64,000 bases of DNA from an uncultured Planctomycetales bacterium (GTDB lineage: Bacteria; Omnitrophota; Gorgyraeia; Aquiviventales; Aquiviventaceae). How positions within the stretch are numbered: position 1 is the stretch's first letter; every line of letters starts with the position of its first letter. The stretch lies in assembly GCA_964624155.1 (NCBI GenBank), contig CAZUWM010000002.1, positions 5,159 through 69,158 of the forward strand, in the 5' to 3' direction. The position numbers and the translations under genes are program-made. Below are positions 10,565 through 21,114 of the stretch, in pieces. The notes beneath the pieces are model-generated. The model saw only the letters and a program-made list of their open reading frames with translations. It had not been told where the DNA came from and did not search any database.

Positions 10565-12712
10565 TTAAGCGGGTCGCCGGGGTGCCTGTTCGGAAGCGGG
10601 GGCTGTTTCCGACGCCCCCTCCTCGACCAGCACCCGTTTTCTCGAGAGATTCACGCGACCTTGTTCGTCAATCTCAATCACCTTGACCCGTACCTCATCA
10701 CCGATCTTCACGACATCCTCAACTTTCTTGACGTAGCCTTCGGCCAACTCCGAGACATGGATCAGGCCTTCCTTCCCCGGCAGGATTTCGCAGAAGGCTC
10801 CGAAGTTCATAATCCGCTTGACCTTGCCGGAGTAGATCTTGCCGACCTCCACCTCTTCGGTCAGTGTGCGAATGATCTCCAGCGCCCGCTCGGATTTCTG
10901 CACGTCGTTGGACGCGACGGACACGCTGCCGTCGTCTTCCACATTGATGGTCACCCCGGTCTCCTCGATGATCTTTCGGATCATCCTCCCGCCGGGCCCG
11001 ATCACATCGCGGATTTTATCGGGATTGATCTTGATCGTGACAATTCGCGGGGCGTACATGGAAATCGTCAGCCGTGGCTTCTCGAGGGCGGTCGCCATGA
11101 TGTCGAGCACCGCCATGCGAGCCGGATGCGCTTGCGCCACAATCCGATCGACCAGCTCAAGCGAGAGCCCCTCGGGGGGCTTGACGTCCACCTGCAGCGC
11201 GGTCACCCCTTTGCGAGTGCCGGCCACTTTGAAGTCCATATCGCCGAGGTGATCCTCGAGCCCTGAGATGTCCGTGAGGATCGCCGTCCGATCGCCTTCT
11301 TTCACGAGACCCATCGCCACGCCACTGACGGCCGCACGGATCGGAACCCCGGCATCCATGAGGGAGAGGCTGCCTGCGCAGACGGTGGCCATGCTGGAGG
11401 ATCCGTTGGATTCTAGAATATCCGAAACCACCCGAATGGTATAAGGAAAAGCTTCCTTCGAAGGGACCATGGGTAACAAAGCCCGCTCCGCCAACGCCCC
11501 GTGGCCGATTTCTCGTCGACCGGGGCCGCGGACGGGGCGCACTTCCCCCACGCTGAACGGCGGAAAGTTGTAGTGCACCATGAACCGTTTGAACGACTCG
11601 CCCTCCAGCGCCTCAATGAGCTGTTCATCTTCACTCGTGCCGAGGGTGGTGACCGATAAACTCTGGGTTTCGCCTCGGGTAAAGAGGCTTGAGCCATGCG
11701 TCCTCGGCAGGACTCCAACTTCACAGGTGATCTCCCGCAGTTGGGTAACGCTTCGACCGTCAATGCGCTGCTGGCGAGTCAGAATGTGGGTTCGGACCTC
11801 TTCTCGTTCCACAACCCCCAAGGCGAGTTTGACCTCGTCTGCTGAGACCGCTGCCCCTTCAGGCGCCAGGTCCTTCACGAGCGAGGCGCTCAGTTGGTCC
11901 AACGCGGTTTCACGGGCTTCCTTACCGGTCAATCGATTCAGGCGTTGCAGCTCCCCCCGGGCACGCTGACGGAGAGTCGCCACCAGATCGGCTGACGGGC
12001 CGTGGACGGAGAGCCCGGTGGCCGTGGGTCGTTTCGCGGCGCGCCCTAATTGCTCTTGCAACCGAATGAGTTGGAGCGCGTGCTCGTACCCGAAACGAAT
12101 CGCCTCGATCACTTGAGACTCAGGAACCTCGTGGAATCCGGCCTCGATGGACAGAATGCCATCGACCGTTCCTTCCACGACCACATCGATGGGGCTGTCC
12201 GCCAGTTGCTGATAGGTCGGGTTGGCCGTCAATTGCCCTTTCACCAGTCCCACCCGCGCCGCGCCGACCGGTTTCGGAAACGGCAGGGGTGAAAGGTGAA
12301 GCGCCGCTGAGGCGCCTACCACGGCCAGCACGTCCGGATCGTATGCGCCGTCCGAGGAGAGCACCATGACCATCACTTGAATCTCATGGAGAAATCCGTG
12401 GGGAAAGAGCGGGCGGATCGGACGATCGATCAGACGAGCTGTGAGGATCTCACGCTCGGTGGGACGGCCTTCTCGCTTGAAGAATCCGCCCGGGATGCGG
12501 CCGGCGGCATAGGTTTTCTCTCGATAGTCCACCGTCAACGGGACGAAGTCATTCGCCGTGTCTTCCTTAGGGGAGGGGTCATACACGGCGGTCGCCAACA
12601 CCACGGTGTCGCCTTGCTGGACGATGACCGATCCGTCAGCCTGCTTGGCGACTTTCCCGGTTTCAAGCGAAAAGGTTGAGGCGCCAAGCGCCGTTGAGAC
12701 TCGTTGGGGCAT
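10565..12712 (-). CDS. pnp: Polyribonucleotide nucleotidyltransferase (PNPase)
   Basis: 715 aa; two RNase PH domains, KH (GPGGRMIRKI) and S1 domains. Confidence 0.95.
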   Translation of the reverse strand: MPQRVSTALGASTFSLETGKVAKQADGSVIVQQGDTVVLATAVYDPSPKEDTANDFVPLTVDYREKTYAAGRIPGGFFKREGRPTEREILTARLIDRPIRPLFPHGFLHEIQVMVMVLSSDGAYDPDVLAVVGASAALHLSPLPFPKPVGAARVGLVKGQLTANPTYQQLADSPIDVVVEGTVDGILSIEAGFHEVPESQVIEAIRFGYEHALQLIRLQEQLGRAAKRPTATGLSVHGPSADLVATLRQRARGELQRLNRLTGKEARETALDQLSASLVKDLAPEGAAVSADEVKLALGVVEREEVRTHILTRQQRIDGRSVTQLREITCEVGVLPRTHGSSLFTRGETQSLSVTTLGTSEDEQLIEALEGESFKRFMVHYNFPPFSVGEVRPVRGPGRREIGHGALAERALLPMVPSKEAFPYTIRVVSDILESNGSSSMATVCAGSLSLMDAGVPIRAAVSGVAMGLVKEGDRTAILTDISGLEDHLGDMDFKVAGTRKGVTALQVDVKPPEGLSLELVDRIVAQAHPARMAVLDIMATALEKPRLTISMYAPRIVTIKINPDKIRDVIGPGGRMIRKIIEETGVTINVEDDGSVSVASNDVQKSERALEIIRTLTEEVEVGKIYSGKVKRIMNFGAFCEILPGKEGLIHVSELAEGYVKKVEDVVKIGDEVRVKVIEIDEQGRVNLSRKRVLVEEGASETAPASEQAPRRPA

Positions 12713-12719
12713 CGGGAGG

Positions 12720-12989
12720 TTATTTGCGCAGGTTCAGCGCGTCCAAGATCTTGCGGTAGCTGGTTTCATCATGGCGCTTGACATATTCCAGCAACCGTCG
12801 ACGACGGCTGACCATCATGAGGAGACCCTGGCGGGAATGGAAATCCTTTCGATGGGTCTTGAAGTGTTCCGATAACCCATTGATGCGCTGGGTCAGCAGC
12901 GCAATCTGGACAGGAGGGGACCCCGTATCCTGCTGATGCGCTTGGAATTGTTTGATCACCGTCGCCCGTTGTTGCGTCTCTGCGGCCAT
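12720..12989 (-). CDS. rpsO: 30S ribosomal protein S15
   Basis: 89 aa, conserved S15 sequence; upstream of pnp as in many bacteria. Confidence 0.95.
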   Translation of the reverse strand: MAAETQQRATVIKQFQAHQQDTGSPPVQIALLTQRINGLSEHFKTHRKDFHSRQGLLMMVSRRRRLLEYVKRHDETSYRKILDALNLRK

Positions 12990-13087
12990 GAAGTACAGGT
13001 AGTATACTCTCGAATCTCTTAAGCGTCAACGAAAGAACACCGAAAGGGAGCCTCTAAGCCGAGTTCTGTCCCGCCAACGATCTATGG

Positions 13088-13490
13088 CGGAGATGGTCAT
13101 CCATCTGGGTCCCGCCTTACGGCGGGACTCCTGCGGCCCACCTTCCCATAGCCCCCCTGTTTCGTTTTGCTTCGCAGAGCGAAACAAAACGAGGGGGAGC
13201 ACCGGCCGGGCCAGCCGTTATAGGACGTTTGGCCTTGCTCCGCGTAGGGTTTGCCATGCCCCCTTGGTCACCCTCAGGGCGGTGGGCTCTTACCCCACCG
13301 TTTCACCATCACTCCCACCGCTTTGTTTCGCTGCGCGAAGCAAAGCGAAACAGTGGGAGCTGTCTGCTCTCTGTTGCGCTGTCCGTCCCCGGTTTCTCGC
13401 GAAACCAGAGCCTGGGAATTACCCAGTACGCTGCCCTGTGGAGCTCGGACTTTCCTCCCCCCTAGATTGGCTTCGGGGCGACCATCCAGC
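13088..13490 (-). ncRNA. rnpB: RNase P RNA, bacterial type A (ends +/-10 nt)
   Basis: Minus-strand read contains P4 GGGAGGAAAGUCCGAGCUCCACAGGGCA, GGUAAGAGCCCACC, CGGAGCAAGGCCAAA and P1-pairing ends; no ORF in region. Confidence 0.85.
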
Positions 13491-13502
13491 TCCCTTTCGG
13501 TG

Positions 13503-13925
13503 TCAAAGAACGTGCGTCTTGGCGGCGCGACGGGCCAGCCGATCCGCCTGCTTGTTCAATTCCCTGGGAATGTAGCGAATCTCGCACCGCTCGAAGCGTT
13601 GCACCATCTGCCTGGCCATGTCATAGAACAGCCGCAAGGTCGCATCACGGACTTTGTAGCTTCCGGCAATTTGTTTCGCCAACAGTTCGCTGTCCGTCTT
13701 CACCAGGAGCCGCGTGATGCCTCGGGCCAACGCCTCCTCTAAGGCATAGAGAAGCGCGAGATATTCCGCCACGTTATTGGTCGTCTCGCCCAGGGACTTG
13801 GAGAGTTGACCGGCCACGCCTCCTTTTCCATCGAGGAAGACGACTCCAATGCCGGCCGGCCCTGGATTACCCGAACTCGCGCCGTCGATGAACGCTTCGA
13901 TGAGTTCACGCGTTCTGGTCGACAT
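13503..13925 (-). CDS. rnhA: Ribonuclease HI
   Basis: RNase H fold motifs (DGASSGNPGPAG..., TNNVAEYLAL); internal Met start MSTRTREL. Confidence 0.85.
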   Translation of the reverse strand: MSTRTRELIEAFIDGASSGNPGPAGIGVVFLDGKGGVAGQLSKSLGETTNNVAEYLALLYALEEALARGITRLLVKTDSELLAKQIAGSYKVRDATLRLFYDMARQMVQRFERCEIRYIPRELNKQADRLARRAAKTHVL

Positions 13926-14616
13926 ACAAAATCCGATTACAACTATCGCACGTCGCAAGCTTGGCTTTCAAGTGCGCTTCATTAATCACCTGAGGCGGCT
14001 GCACCATGTTGCAGCCCCCGCAGGACTCCTTCACAATCGGCACCAGGGCGAGCCCATCGCGGTTGGCCAGGACCCGCTCATACAAGGCCAACGACGCCGG
14101 TTCCACGAGTGGTGTCAGCGTCGCCCGTTTCGCTTCAAGCTGCTGCATCTGTTGTGCAATGGTTTGGAGGGCTTGCTGGATCCGCACCTCTTCTTGTGCG
14201 AGCGCGGCTTGTTGTTGGTTGACCCGCACCAGTTGTTGGCTGTGTTCGTGTTTGATCTGGTCAATCTTCTCGAGCACGTGGAGGATCTCTTCTTCCAACA
14301 AGGAACTATCCGCCTTCCCTATGTCGATTTCGTGTTGCATGGCGGAATATTCTTTATTCGTCTTGAGCTGGAAGAGCTGCATCTGCAATTTTTTCACACG
14401 GGCTTCCGCGGTCGACAGTTCCAGTTCTTTTTCCTTGCGCTGGACCTGTGTGGCGTTGAGGCGTGCTTCCACCGCGCCGGCTTTCGCCTGTTCTTCCGCG
14501 AGGACTTGTTTGGCTCGCTCAAGCTCCAAGGGCTTGTGCTGCTGTTCCCGTCGCAGGCGGAACAGCTCGCTGTCCACCTCTTGGAGCTGCTTCAACGTCT
14601 CAAGCACGTCAGTCAT
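13906..14616 (-). CDS. Coiled-coil protein with C-terminal C4 zinc ribbon (COG1579 family)
   Basis: Long heptad-rich region; C-terminal CGGC...(16)...CDSC; this family is commonly adjacent to rnhA. Confidence 0.7.
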   Translation of the reverse strand: MTDVLETLKQLQEVDSELFRLRREQQHKPLELERAKQVLAEEQAKAGAVEARLNATQVQRKEKELELSTAEARVKKLQMQLFQLKTNKEYSAMQHEIDIGKADSSLLEEEILHVLEKIDQIKHEHSQQLVRVNQQQAALAQEEVRIQQALQTIAQQMQQLEAKRATLTPLVEPASLALYERVLANRDGLALVPIVKESCGGCNMVQPPQVINEAHLKAKLATCDSCNRILYVDQNA

Positions 14617-14630
14617 TCAGATTGAGACCC

Positions 14631-14704
14631 TGGGCGTAAGAGGACTCGAACCTCTGACCTCATGCATGTGAGGCATGCGCTCTGACCGACTGAGCTATAC
14701 GCCC
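14631..14704 (-). tRNA. tRNA-Val (anticodon CAC)
   Basis: Minus-strand cloverleaf GGGCGTA/TACGCCC acceptor stem, D-arm GCTC/GAGC, anticodon stem CATGC/GCATG with loop CTCACAT, T-arm AGAGG-TTCGAGT-CCTCT; 74 nt; CCA not encoded. Confidence 0.85.
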
Positions 14705-14712
14705 GTTCCTTG

Positions 14713-14797
14713 TGGGGTCAGGGCTTTACATTTGACATTTCCAACAAACGGCCACGCGCGCCTGGCCCCAAAATGTAAGATGTAAAGCCCTGACCCC
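14713..14797. repeat. Long inverted repeat (18-bp perfect stem ggggtcagggctttacat / atgtaaagccctgacccc, ~49-nt loop) between the two tRNA genes
   Basis: Seen directly in sequence; no T-tract, so not a canonical intrinsic terminator. Confidence 0.6.
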
Positions 14798-14803
14798 TAT
14801 TTC

Positions 14804-14875
14804 TGGGCCGGGGACGGATCGAACGTCCGACCAAGTGGTTATGAGCCACCTGCTCTGCCACTGAGCTACCGGCCC
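14804..14875 (-). tRNA. tRNA-Met, elongator type (anticodon CAT; could alternatively be tRNA-Ile2/lysidine)
   Basis: Acceptor GGGCCGG/CCGGCCC, anticodon stem GGTGG/CCACT with loop CTCATAA, T-arm GGACG-TTCGATC-CGTCC; 72 nt; 5' end abuts/overlaps rpoD stop codon by 1 nt. Confidence 0.8.
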
Positions 14876-16524
14876 TATGAAGTCGCAAGATACCCCTTTT
14901 CAGTGGCAAACGTCATTTCGAGGAAGTTCCGCAGCCGGCGACTCCGAGTGGGATGGCGAAGTTTTCGAAGCGCTTTCGCTTCGATCTGACGGACCCGTTC
15001 GCGGGTCACATGGAACATCTGACCGACTTCTTCCAAGGTCCGGGGGGAGCCGTCTTGCAACCCAAACCGAAGGATGAGCACGTGACGTTCTCGCTCGGAA
15101 AGGCTGATCAGCACATCCTCGATTTGTTCCTTCAACATACTGTAGGCCGTGGCATTCGCCGGAGACACGGCGCGTTTATCCTCAATGAAATCGCCGAAAT
15201 GGGTGTCGCCGTCTTCTCCGATCGGCGTTTGCAAGGAAATCGGTTCTTGGGCGATTTTGAGAATGCCGCGCACCTTCTCGACGGGAATGCCGGTGGCCTT
15301 GGCCACTTCTTCAGGCGTGGGTTCCCGGCCGGTTTCCTGCACGATCGCCAGCGAGACCCGAATCAATTTATTGATCGTCTCCGTCATATGGACCGGGATG
15401 CGGATCGTGCGGGCCTGATCCGCGATGGAGCGGGTAATCGCTTGACGGATCCACCACGTCGCGTAGGTCGAGAATTTGTACCCTCGTCGATATTCAAACT
15501 TCTCCACGGCTTTCATCAAGCCGATATTGCCTTCCTGAATCAGGTCCAAAAAGGAGAGCCCTCGGTTGGTGTACTTCTTCGCGATACTGACCACCAATCG
15601 GAGATTGGCCTCGACCAGCTCTTTTTTCGCCTTCGTATAATCCGTCTCGGCCTGTCGAATCGCCTTGAGGGTCTGACGCATCGTGTCAGGATCGCCGCCT
15701 AAGCGCCGACTCTGCTCTCGCCGCTGCTTGACGATGGTCCGTCGTCTTGATCTCACCCCGCGACCTGTGGTCCGTTTCACCAGATGGAGTTGCCGGTCAG
15801 TCGCTTCCACGGCTTTGAGGAATTGTTCCAATCGCCAGACCAACCACTCGATGGCCCGAATGGTCAGGTGGTACTCCTCCAACAGCTTGCGGACTTTCCC
15901 CTTTTCCCGCCTGGCCCTCAGGCGCCGACGCAGCTTGACCAGTTGAGCCACCAGTTCTTCCCGACGAAGGTTCGGATCGTCCTTGACATAATCTTCCGGA
16001 TTGAGCCGGCCCTCGATCAGTTCGTCGGTTAAGATCAAGAGTTCCCGCCGGACAAAGGGCAGCTGCAGGACTCGATCGCGGAAGGCCAGCTCCGCCGCTT
16101 CAATCTTCTTCGCCAGGGCCAGTTCTTGTTCACGAGTGAGCAGTGGGATCTGCCCCATTTGGCGCAAGTACATTTTCACCGGATCATCAAGTTGTTTGAA
16201 CTCGGCGGGTTCCTCCGCTTCCCCGTCCTCGCGCGCCTCACGGTTTCCCTTCTCCGACGTCGAGGACGCGCGAGGCGATGCGCTCCGCGGCTTATTCACG
16301 ATCTCGATGTTCTCCTTGCCCAGCACGATCAGCAACTCGTCGATTTCCTCGGGCGAGGCCACATCCTCCGGCAGCAAGTTATTCAGCTCCTCATAGGTAA
16401 TGGAGCCCCTGTCGCGGCCGATACTCAGCACTCGAGCGAGCCGTTCAGTGAAGGTTTTCCGTCCGCCACCCCCCTTCGGCGGACGCCCGCCGACGCTCTG
16501 TGGCGGACGTTTGGGGTTAGCCAT
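14875..16524 (-). CDS. rpoD: RNA polymerase sigma factor RpoD (sigma-70)
   Basis: Regions 1.2-4.2 present ([39 protein letters not shown]; region 4 HTH). Confidence 0.95.
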   Translation of the reverse strand: MANPKRPPQSVGGRPPKGGGGRKTFTERLARVLSIGRDRGSITYEELNNLLPEDVASPEEIDELLIVLGKENIEIVNKPRSASPRASSTSEKGNREAREDGEAEEPAEFKQLDDPVKMYLRQMGQIPLLTREQELALAKKIEAAELAFRDRVLQLPFVRRELLILTDELIEGRLNPEDYVKDDPNLRREELVAQLVKLRRRLRARREKGKVRKLLEEYHLTIRAIEWLVWRLEQFLKAVEATDRQLHLVKRTTGRGVRSRRRTIVKQRREQSRRLGGDPDTMRQTLKAIRQAETDYTKAKKELVEANLRLVVSIAKKYTNRGLSFLDLIQEGNIGLMKAVEKFEYRRGYKFSTYATWWIRQAITRSIADQARTIRIPVHMTETINKLIRVSLAIVQETGREPTPEEVAKATGIPVEKVRGILKIAQEPISLQTPIGEDGDTHFGDFIEDKRAVSPANATAYSMLKEQIEDVLISLSERERHVLILRFGLQDGSPRTLEEVGQMFHVTRERVRQIEAKALRKLRHPTRSRRLRNFLEMTFATEKGYLATS

Positions 16525-18277
16525 GCACGGTCTCCTTCACGAGCTGCTGGTACTGTTTCAATAGCTCCGCCACGTCGTGTTCTCGCCCGGCCTCTTGGGC
16601 TGCCCTCAGGCGCGTGTGGAGCCCGGCCAGTCGTTCCTGACGAACGTTGGACTGGAGACGACGGAGGCATTCGTCAAACGCGTGATCATGATCGCTCACC
16701 GAGTGGGCTAACTGGACGAGCTCAGAGATCACGGCAGCGGTTTCGTCTTCCGCCAATCGCGAAATGAGTTGGGCGGGCGTTGGATCCGTCTGAGACACGG
16801 CCCGCAGCTCGCCGATCGCCATCACAATCCGTCGGAGTGGTGCGGCGGTCATGGCGTCGAGGACGTGAGCGCGCTCGACGGCTTCCCAGCGGGATGGCTG
16901 ATGGAGCACCAAGGCCGTCAGCATCCGCTCCGCCCCTAGCGCCCGCGTCGGCGTACGCACGGGGGAGCGCCGTGGAGTCGTTTCGAGACTGCGAGGCGTG
17001 ATCTTTCGCAGTTCTTCCGCCACCGCGTGTTCATCCAGCTTGAGCCGTTCGGCTAACAGCCTGACGTATTCGGCTTTCAACATGGCGTTCGGGATGTTGG
17101 CGACCGTCGGCAGGACGAACTGAGCCGCTTGGACTCTGCCCTCGGCACGGTGAACGTCGTAGCGACTGATCGCGCAACGGATCAGAAATTCCAAGACCCC
17201 CGCCGCATCGTGGAGAATCCTCGCGAAGGCCTTGGAGCCCTGTGCGCGCACGTACTCGTCTGGATCAATCGCCGTCGGCAATTGAGCGACCCGCACCGCA
17301 AAGCCGGCCTCGACCAAGACGTCGATTCCCCGCAACGTGGCGGCTTCCCCTGCGGCGTCGGCATCAAAGGCTAACACGATTCGTCGAGTGTACCGTGACA
17401 GTACACGGGCCTGCTCCGTGGTCAACGCGGTCCCGAGCGGTGAGACCACGTGGGCAAACCCATGCTGCCACAACAACACGCAATCAAAATACCCTTCCAC
17501 GATGATCGCCTCATCGGCTTTGAGGATGGCCTCTTTGGCTTGGGGCAGCCCAAAGAGGCAGCGACCTTTATGGTAAATCGGCGTCTCAGGACTGTTGAGA
17601 TATTTGGGTTCCTGCCCGGCCAGACTCCGACCTCCAAATCCGACCACCCGTCCTCGACCGTCGTGGAGGGGAAACAGCAGGCGCTGACGAAACCGATCCA
17701 CCAGACCACGCGATGTGCGAATGACCAGCCCCGCCTGTTCCAATAACCCGGGCTCAATCTTGGTTCGTCGGGCCGCTTGCGCCAACCGATCCCGCCCCCT
17801 CATCGGCGCGCACCCCAACCGGAACGCCTGCCGTGTCGTCTCGCTGACCCCTCGGGTGCGTAAATAGGCGCTGGCAGTGCGTCCCTCCCGAGGGTGCCCT
17901 AGCACGCGTTCGTAATAGCGACAGGTCTTGTCCACGATGGCGTACAACTGATCGGTGTGGCCGTTGCGAGACGCCTCAGATCCTTTGGGCAGTTCCACCC
18001 CCACCTGGTCAGCCAGCTGGCGAACCGCTTCCGGAAAGGTCAATCGTTCGTGGTGCATCAAAAAACTAAACACGTTTCCGCCCACGCCGCAGCCGAAGCA
18101 ATGAAAGATCTGTTTGTCCACGTTGACGTGAAAGGACGGGGTGCGCTCCTTGTGAAAGGGGCATAAGGCCTTGAAGTGCCGCCCCACCCGCTTCAACGGC
18201 ACATACCGACCGATGAGCTCGGCGACATCGACACGGGCTTGAATGTCGTCGAGGACCAACTCGGGAATCAGCGGCAT
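16517..18277 (-). CDS. dnaG: DNA primase DnaG
   Basis: Zinc-binding [11 protein letters not shown]...CFGCG, TOPRIM domain; 8-nt overlap with rpoD (dnaG-rpoD operon). Confidence 0.9.
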   Translation of the reverse strand: MPLIPELVLDDIQARVDVAELIGRYVPLKRVGRHFKALCPFHKERTPSFHVNVDKQIFHCFGCGVGGNVFSFLMHHERLTFPEAVRQLADQVGVELPKGSEASRNGHTDQLYAIVDKTCRYYERVLGHPREGRTASAYLRTRGVSETTRQAFRLGCAPMRGRDRLAQAARRTKIEPGLLEQAGLVIRTSRGLVDRFRQRLLFPLHDGRGRVVGFGGRSLAGQEPKYLNSPETPIYHKGRCLFGLPQAKEAILKADEAIIVEGYFDCVLLWQHGFAHVVSPLGTALTTEQARVLSRYTRRIVLAFDADAAGEAATLRGIDVLVEAGFAVRVAQLPTAIDPDEYVRAQGSKAFARILHDAAGVLEFLIRCAISRYDVHRAEGRVQAAQFVLPTVANIPNAMLKAEYVRLLAERLKLDEHAVAEELRKITPRSLETTPRRSPVRTPTRALGAERMLTALVLHQPSRWEAVERAHVLDAMTAAPLRRIVMAIGELRAVSQTDPTPAQLISRLAEDETAAVISELVQLAHSVSDHDHAFDECLRRLQSNVRQERLAGLHTRLRAAQEAGREHDVAELLKQYQQLVKETVHG

Positions 18278-18281
18278 GTGA

Positions 18282-18734
18282 TTACGGGTTCACGATCAGT
18301 GGTGGCTTCACGCGAGTCGTTCGACCCGGAGCGCGATCGACCACCCAACGAATGCCGGTTCGCGCAACGTCCACGAGATGCGGTCCCATGAGCGACCGCT
18401 CCGTAATGCTGGAGGCGAGGTACGGACGATTCCACGAGAGGACGAAGAGCAGGATCACCCCGGCCAACCAGAGTCCTCGAACGCTGCCCACGGCCATCCC
18501 AACTCCCTGGACGATCCAATGGACCCGTTCGTGAGTCAGCAGCGATGTACATTTGCGAACGATCAGGTAGGCGGCCAACGTGGCGACCAACCACGCCATC
18601 CCAAATCCCACGACGTCAAGGAGCCGAGGATCGTCACGCCACCAGGGCGTCAGCCACTGGACAATCTTCCCGGAGAAATTGCACGAAATGGCTGTCGCTC
18701 CCACCAATCCCGCGAGATGGAGCCCTTCCGTCAA
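18282..18734 (-). CDS. cvpA: CvpA family membrane protein
   Basis: 4 TM helices; in-frame upstream extension (WIDLVILILAFRGCYAGFCRG) matches CvpA N-termini, so true start is probably a non-ATG codon near 18800. Confidence 0.6.
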   Translation of the reverse strand: MTEGLHLAGLVGATAISCNFSGKIVQWLTPWWRDDPRLLDVVGFGMAWLVATLAAYLIVRKCTSLLTHERVHWIVQGVGMAVGSVRGLWLAGVILLFVLSWNRPYLASSITERSLMGPHLVDVARTGIRWVVDRAPGRTTRVKPPLIVNP

Positions 18735-18927
18735 CCACCCTCGGCAGAAGCCCGCGTAGCAACCCCGGAAGGCCAGGATTAAAATGACCAGATCAATCCA
18801 GTTGGGCCAGGTCGTTGTTCGCTCCTATCATTTAGCGACAGATTCACTTACAGCGAATCACTATATCATAGGGCTTGAAGGAGCGTCAAGGTAGGCGACC
18901 CGGACTTTGGCGGGTGACGCGGTAAGG

Positions 18928-19164
18928 CTAATCGGTGCAGCGGATTTTGACGATGTGCAGCTCCTCCATCACCGCGTCAAACCTCTGCAGGATGAGCTGC
19001 TGATGATCGAGGATGGTCTGCAGTTTTTTGTCAATGGATGCCGCGTCCACCAGGGACTCTTTCGTTCGCTTCGCGGTCTGTGCATTGGCGCGTCCCTCCA
19101 CCATCCACAGCCCCCCGACCAACCCGATAAGCACGAGGAGACTCCACGGAAGCGAGTTGCGCAT
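18928..19164 (-). CDS. Small hypothetical secreted/membrane protein (signal peptide)
   Basis: 78 aa ORF with N-terminal hydrophobic segment WSLLVLIGLVGGLWMV; lies between pilQ and cvpA; weak. Confidence 0.35.
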   Translation of the reverse strand: MRNSLPWSLLVLIGLVGGLWMVEGRANAQTAKRTKESLVDAASIDKKLQTILDHQQLILQRFDAVMEELHIVKIRCTD

Positions 19165-19177
19165 CTCGGTAAGCTCC

Positions 19178-20650
19178 TTATTGGCCGGCGGCGGCGACGG
19201 CTCGCTTGCCCTTATCCTCGACGAGATGGACCGTCATAAAAATGAGCAGGTCCAATTGATCCTGGCCGGATGGGGTCTGCTCCCGTCGATTCGTAAAGAG
19301 GGCGCCCAAGATCGGAATATCGCCGAGAATGGGAACCTTGCTTTGCGTCACCCGCTCAGCCTGTCGTTTCAACCCTCCGATCGCCAAGGTCTGCCCATCG
19401 ACAAGCCGCACCTGCGTCTGGGCTTTCTGGACATCAAAATCGGGAAACGTGATCCCCGAGGCGTACGTCCGATCAGACCCCACGGTGGTGATTTCCGGCT
19501 TGACGTCCATGACGATTTCTTGTTCCAGGTTCACCTGGGGCTTCACCTTGAGAATGATCCCGGTTGAGCGCGTCTGAAACCCACTGACCGTCGCGCGACC
19601 CGTCGAGGGATCGACCTGAAAATTTGGAATGTTCACATCCGTCCCCACCTGGACACTGGCTTCTTGGTTGTTCAACGTCACAATGGTGGGATTGGAGATC
19701 ACCCGCGTATCCACCCGCTGCTTGAGCATGTTGATGGTCGTCGCCAACTGCGACATCGTGATCGTCCCGAAGACAAATTGACCGCCTGCGTTCGGAATGA
19801 ACCCCTGGTTGGCGACGGCGTTGGTCGCCGCCGAGGTACCGGTGTAGAAGAGATCCCCTGGCCTGGTGAGGAACGTTTCTCCTACTTTGCCATAGGTGGC
19901 GCCCGTCCGATACGGAAAGGTCGTTGAGGAGGTCGCCGGGCTGACGGTCAACTGCATGCTGTCAAACCAGTCAATGCCGAGATTCTCATCCCGCGTCAAC
20001 CGGGTCTCGACGAAGCGCGACTCGATGTGGACTTGGGGGGTCTGCCGATCCAATCGCTCCACGACCTGCTTCAGCTGAAAGAGGTTGGCGGGCAAGTCGG
20101 TCACAATGACCGTATTGGTCCGATCATCGAACTTCACCTTGCCGCGCTCCGTCAACATCTCCTTGACGATCTCCATGACCTCTTTCGACTTCGCGTAGTT
20201 CAACGCAAAGACCTCGGTCCCCAACGCTTCTTGCTCCACCGCCTCCAAACTCATGACGCGGATGACGTTGCCCTTGCGATCATACGTGAAGCTGTACGTG
20301 CGCAGGACGATATCCAGCGCTTGTTCCCACGGGACGTTGGTGAGTTTAATGGTCACCAATCCCTCCACATCGGGGCCGGCGACAACGTCGACCCCGCTTT
20401 TCAGGGACAGGATCCTCAGGACTTGACGGATGTCGGCATCCTTGAAGTCCACACTGATCAGTCCTGTCGGCGCGAGGTCTTGAAGGGGCTGGCTCTCCCC
20501 GACGGCCACCTCGCCGGATTCGGTTTCGTCGGACCACGCCTGAGGGCCGCCGATGAGGCTGAAGCCCACCAGGCCGACCACCACACGCATGATGCCTCGT
20601 CCCATTCCATCACGGCGCATCACTTTGCACCTCCTTCGACGTATGTTCAC
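19178..20650 (-). CDS. pilQ: Type IV pilus secretin PilQ
   Basis: N0/secretin-N domains, secretin C-domain (NPTIVTLNNQEASVQVG...VPILGDIPILGALF); follows pilMNOP. Confidence 0.85.
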   Translation of the reverse strand: MNIRRRRCKVMRRDGMGRGIMRVVVGLVGFSLIGGPQAWSDETESGEVAVGESQPLQDLAPTGLISVDFKDADIRQVLRILSLKSGVDVVAGPDVEGLVTIKLTNVPWEQALDIVLRTYSFTYDRKGNVIRVMSLEAVEQEALGTEVFALNYAKSKEVMEIVKEMLTERGKVKFDDRTNTVIVTDLPANLFQLKQVVERLDRQTPQVHIESRFVETRLTRDENLGIDWFDSMQLTVSPATSSTTFPYRTGATYGKVGETFLTRPGDLFYTGTSAATNAVANQGFIPNAGGQFVFGTITMSQLATTINMLKQRVDTRVISNPTIVTLNNQEASVQVGTDVNIPNFQVDPSTGRATVSGFQTRSTGIILKVKPQVNLEQEIVMDVKPEITTVGSDRTYASGITFPDFDVQKAQTQVRLVDGQTLAIGGLKRQAERVTQSKVPILGDIPILGALFTNRREQTPSGQDQLDLLIFMTVHLVEDKGKRAVAAAGQ

Positions 20651-21114
20651 GGCGTTCCATAAGTCTCGGCCTCACGTGATTTCACCGATTCGTCGAACGT
20701 GATCCGGAGGGTCACCCGGCGACCCTCCCGCTCGAGCACGACCTGATCCTCATGGATTTCCGCCACCCGGTAGCCCCCCACCATATCTCCCACCACGGTG
20801 TCTTGCTCATTCAAGAGGGCGATGGAACGACCGGCCGGATCCCACAAGATCCCCCCCAGCAATGGCAGCGAGGTGTCCAGGGGTCCTGAAAGCAGAAGGG
20901 TGTCGCCGCTCGCTGCAATGGCCCGTCCATCCCGAACGAGCGGCACAAACGGATCGCGTTTGCCCTTCGCATCGTACGTCTCCGCCTTCACAGATAGCAC
21001 AGCAGCACAGAGGACACAGATGAAAGCACACAACACCACAGAGCACACAGAGAACTTCTCCGTGTCATCTGTGGTGTAGCGCTTTTTCTCTGTGTGATCT
21101 GTGTTCTGTGACAT
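20647..21114 (-). CDS. pilP: Type IV pilus assembly protein PilP
   Basis: RDPF motif (KGKRDPFVPL), beta-rich C-domain; N-terminal ~40 aa are encoded by the CACAGAT repeat array, so true start is uncertain. Confidence 0.7.
   Translation of the reverse strand: MSQNTDHTEKKRYTTDDTEKFSVCSVVLCAFICVLCAAVLSVKAETYDAKGKRDPFVPLVRDGRAIAASGDTLLLSGPLDTSLPLLGGILWDPAGRSIALLNEQDTVVGDMVGGYRVAEIHEDQVVLEREGRRVTLRITFDESVKSREAETYGTP

Noticed and set aside
18928-19164. Assigning a pilus function to the 78-aa ORF downstream of pilQ
   Set aside because: No recognisable motif beyond a hydrophobic N-terminus. It could be spurious, so it is kept only as a low-confidence hypothetical CDS.
20990-21114. Treating the PilP N-terminal 40 aa as certainly translated
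   Set aside because: The stretch is entirely repeat-derived and a downstream alternative start is possible. It is reported as an open question, not as an established signal peptide.
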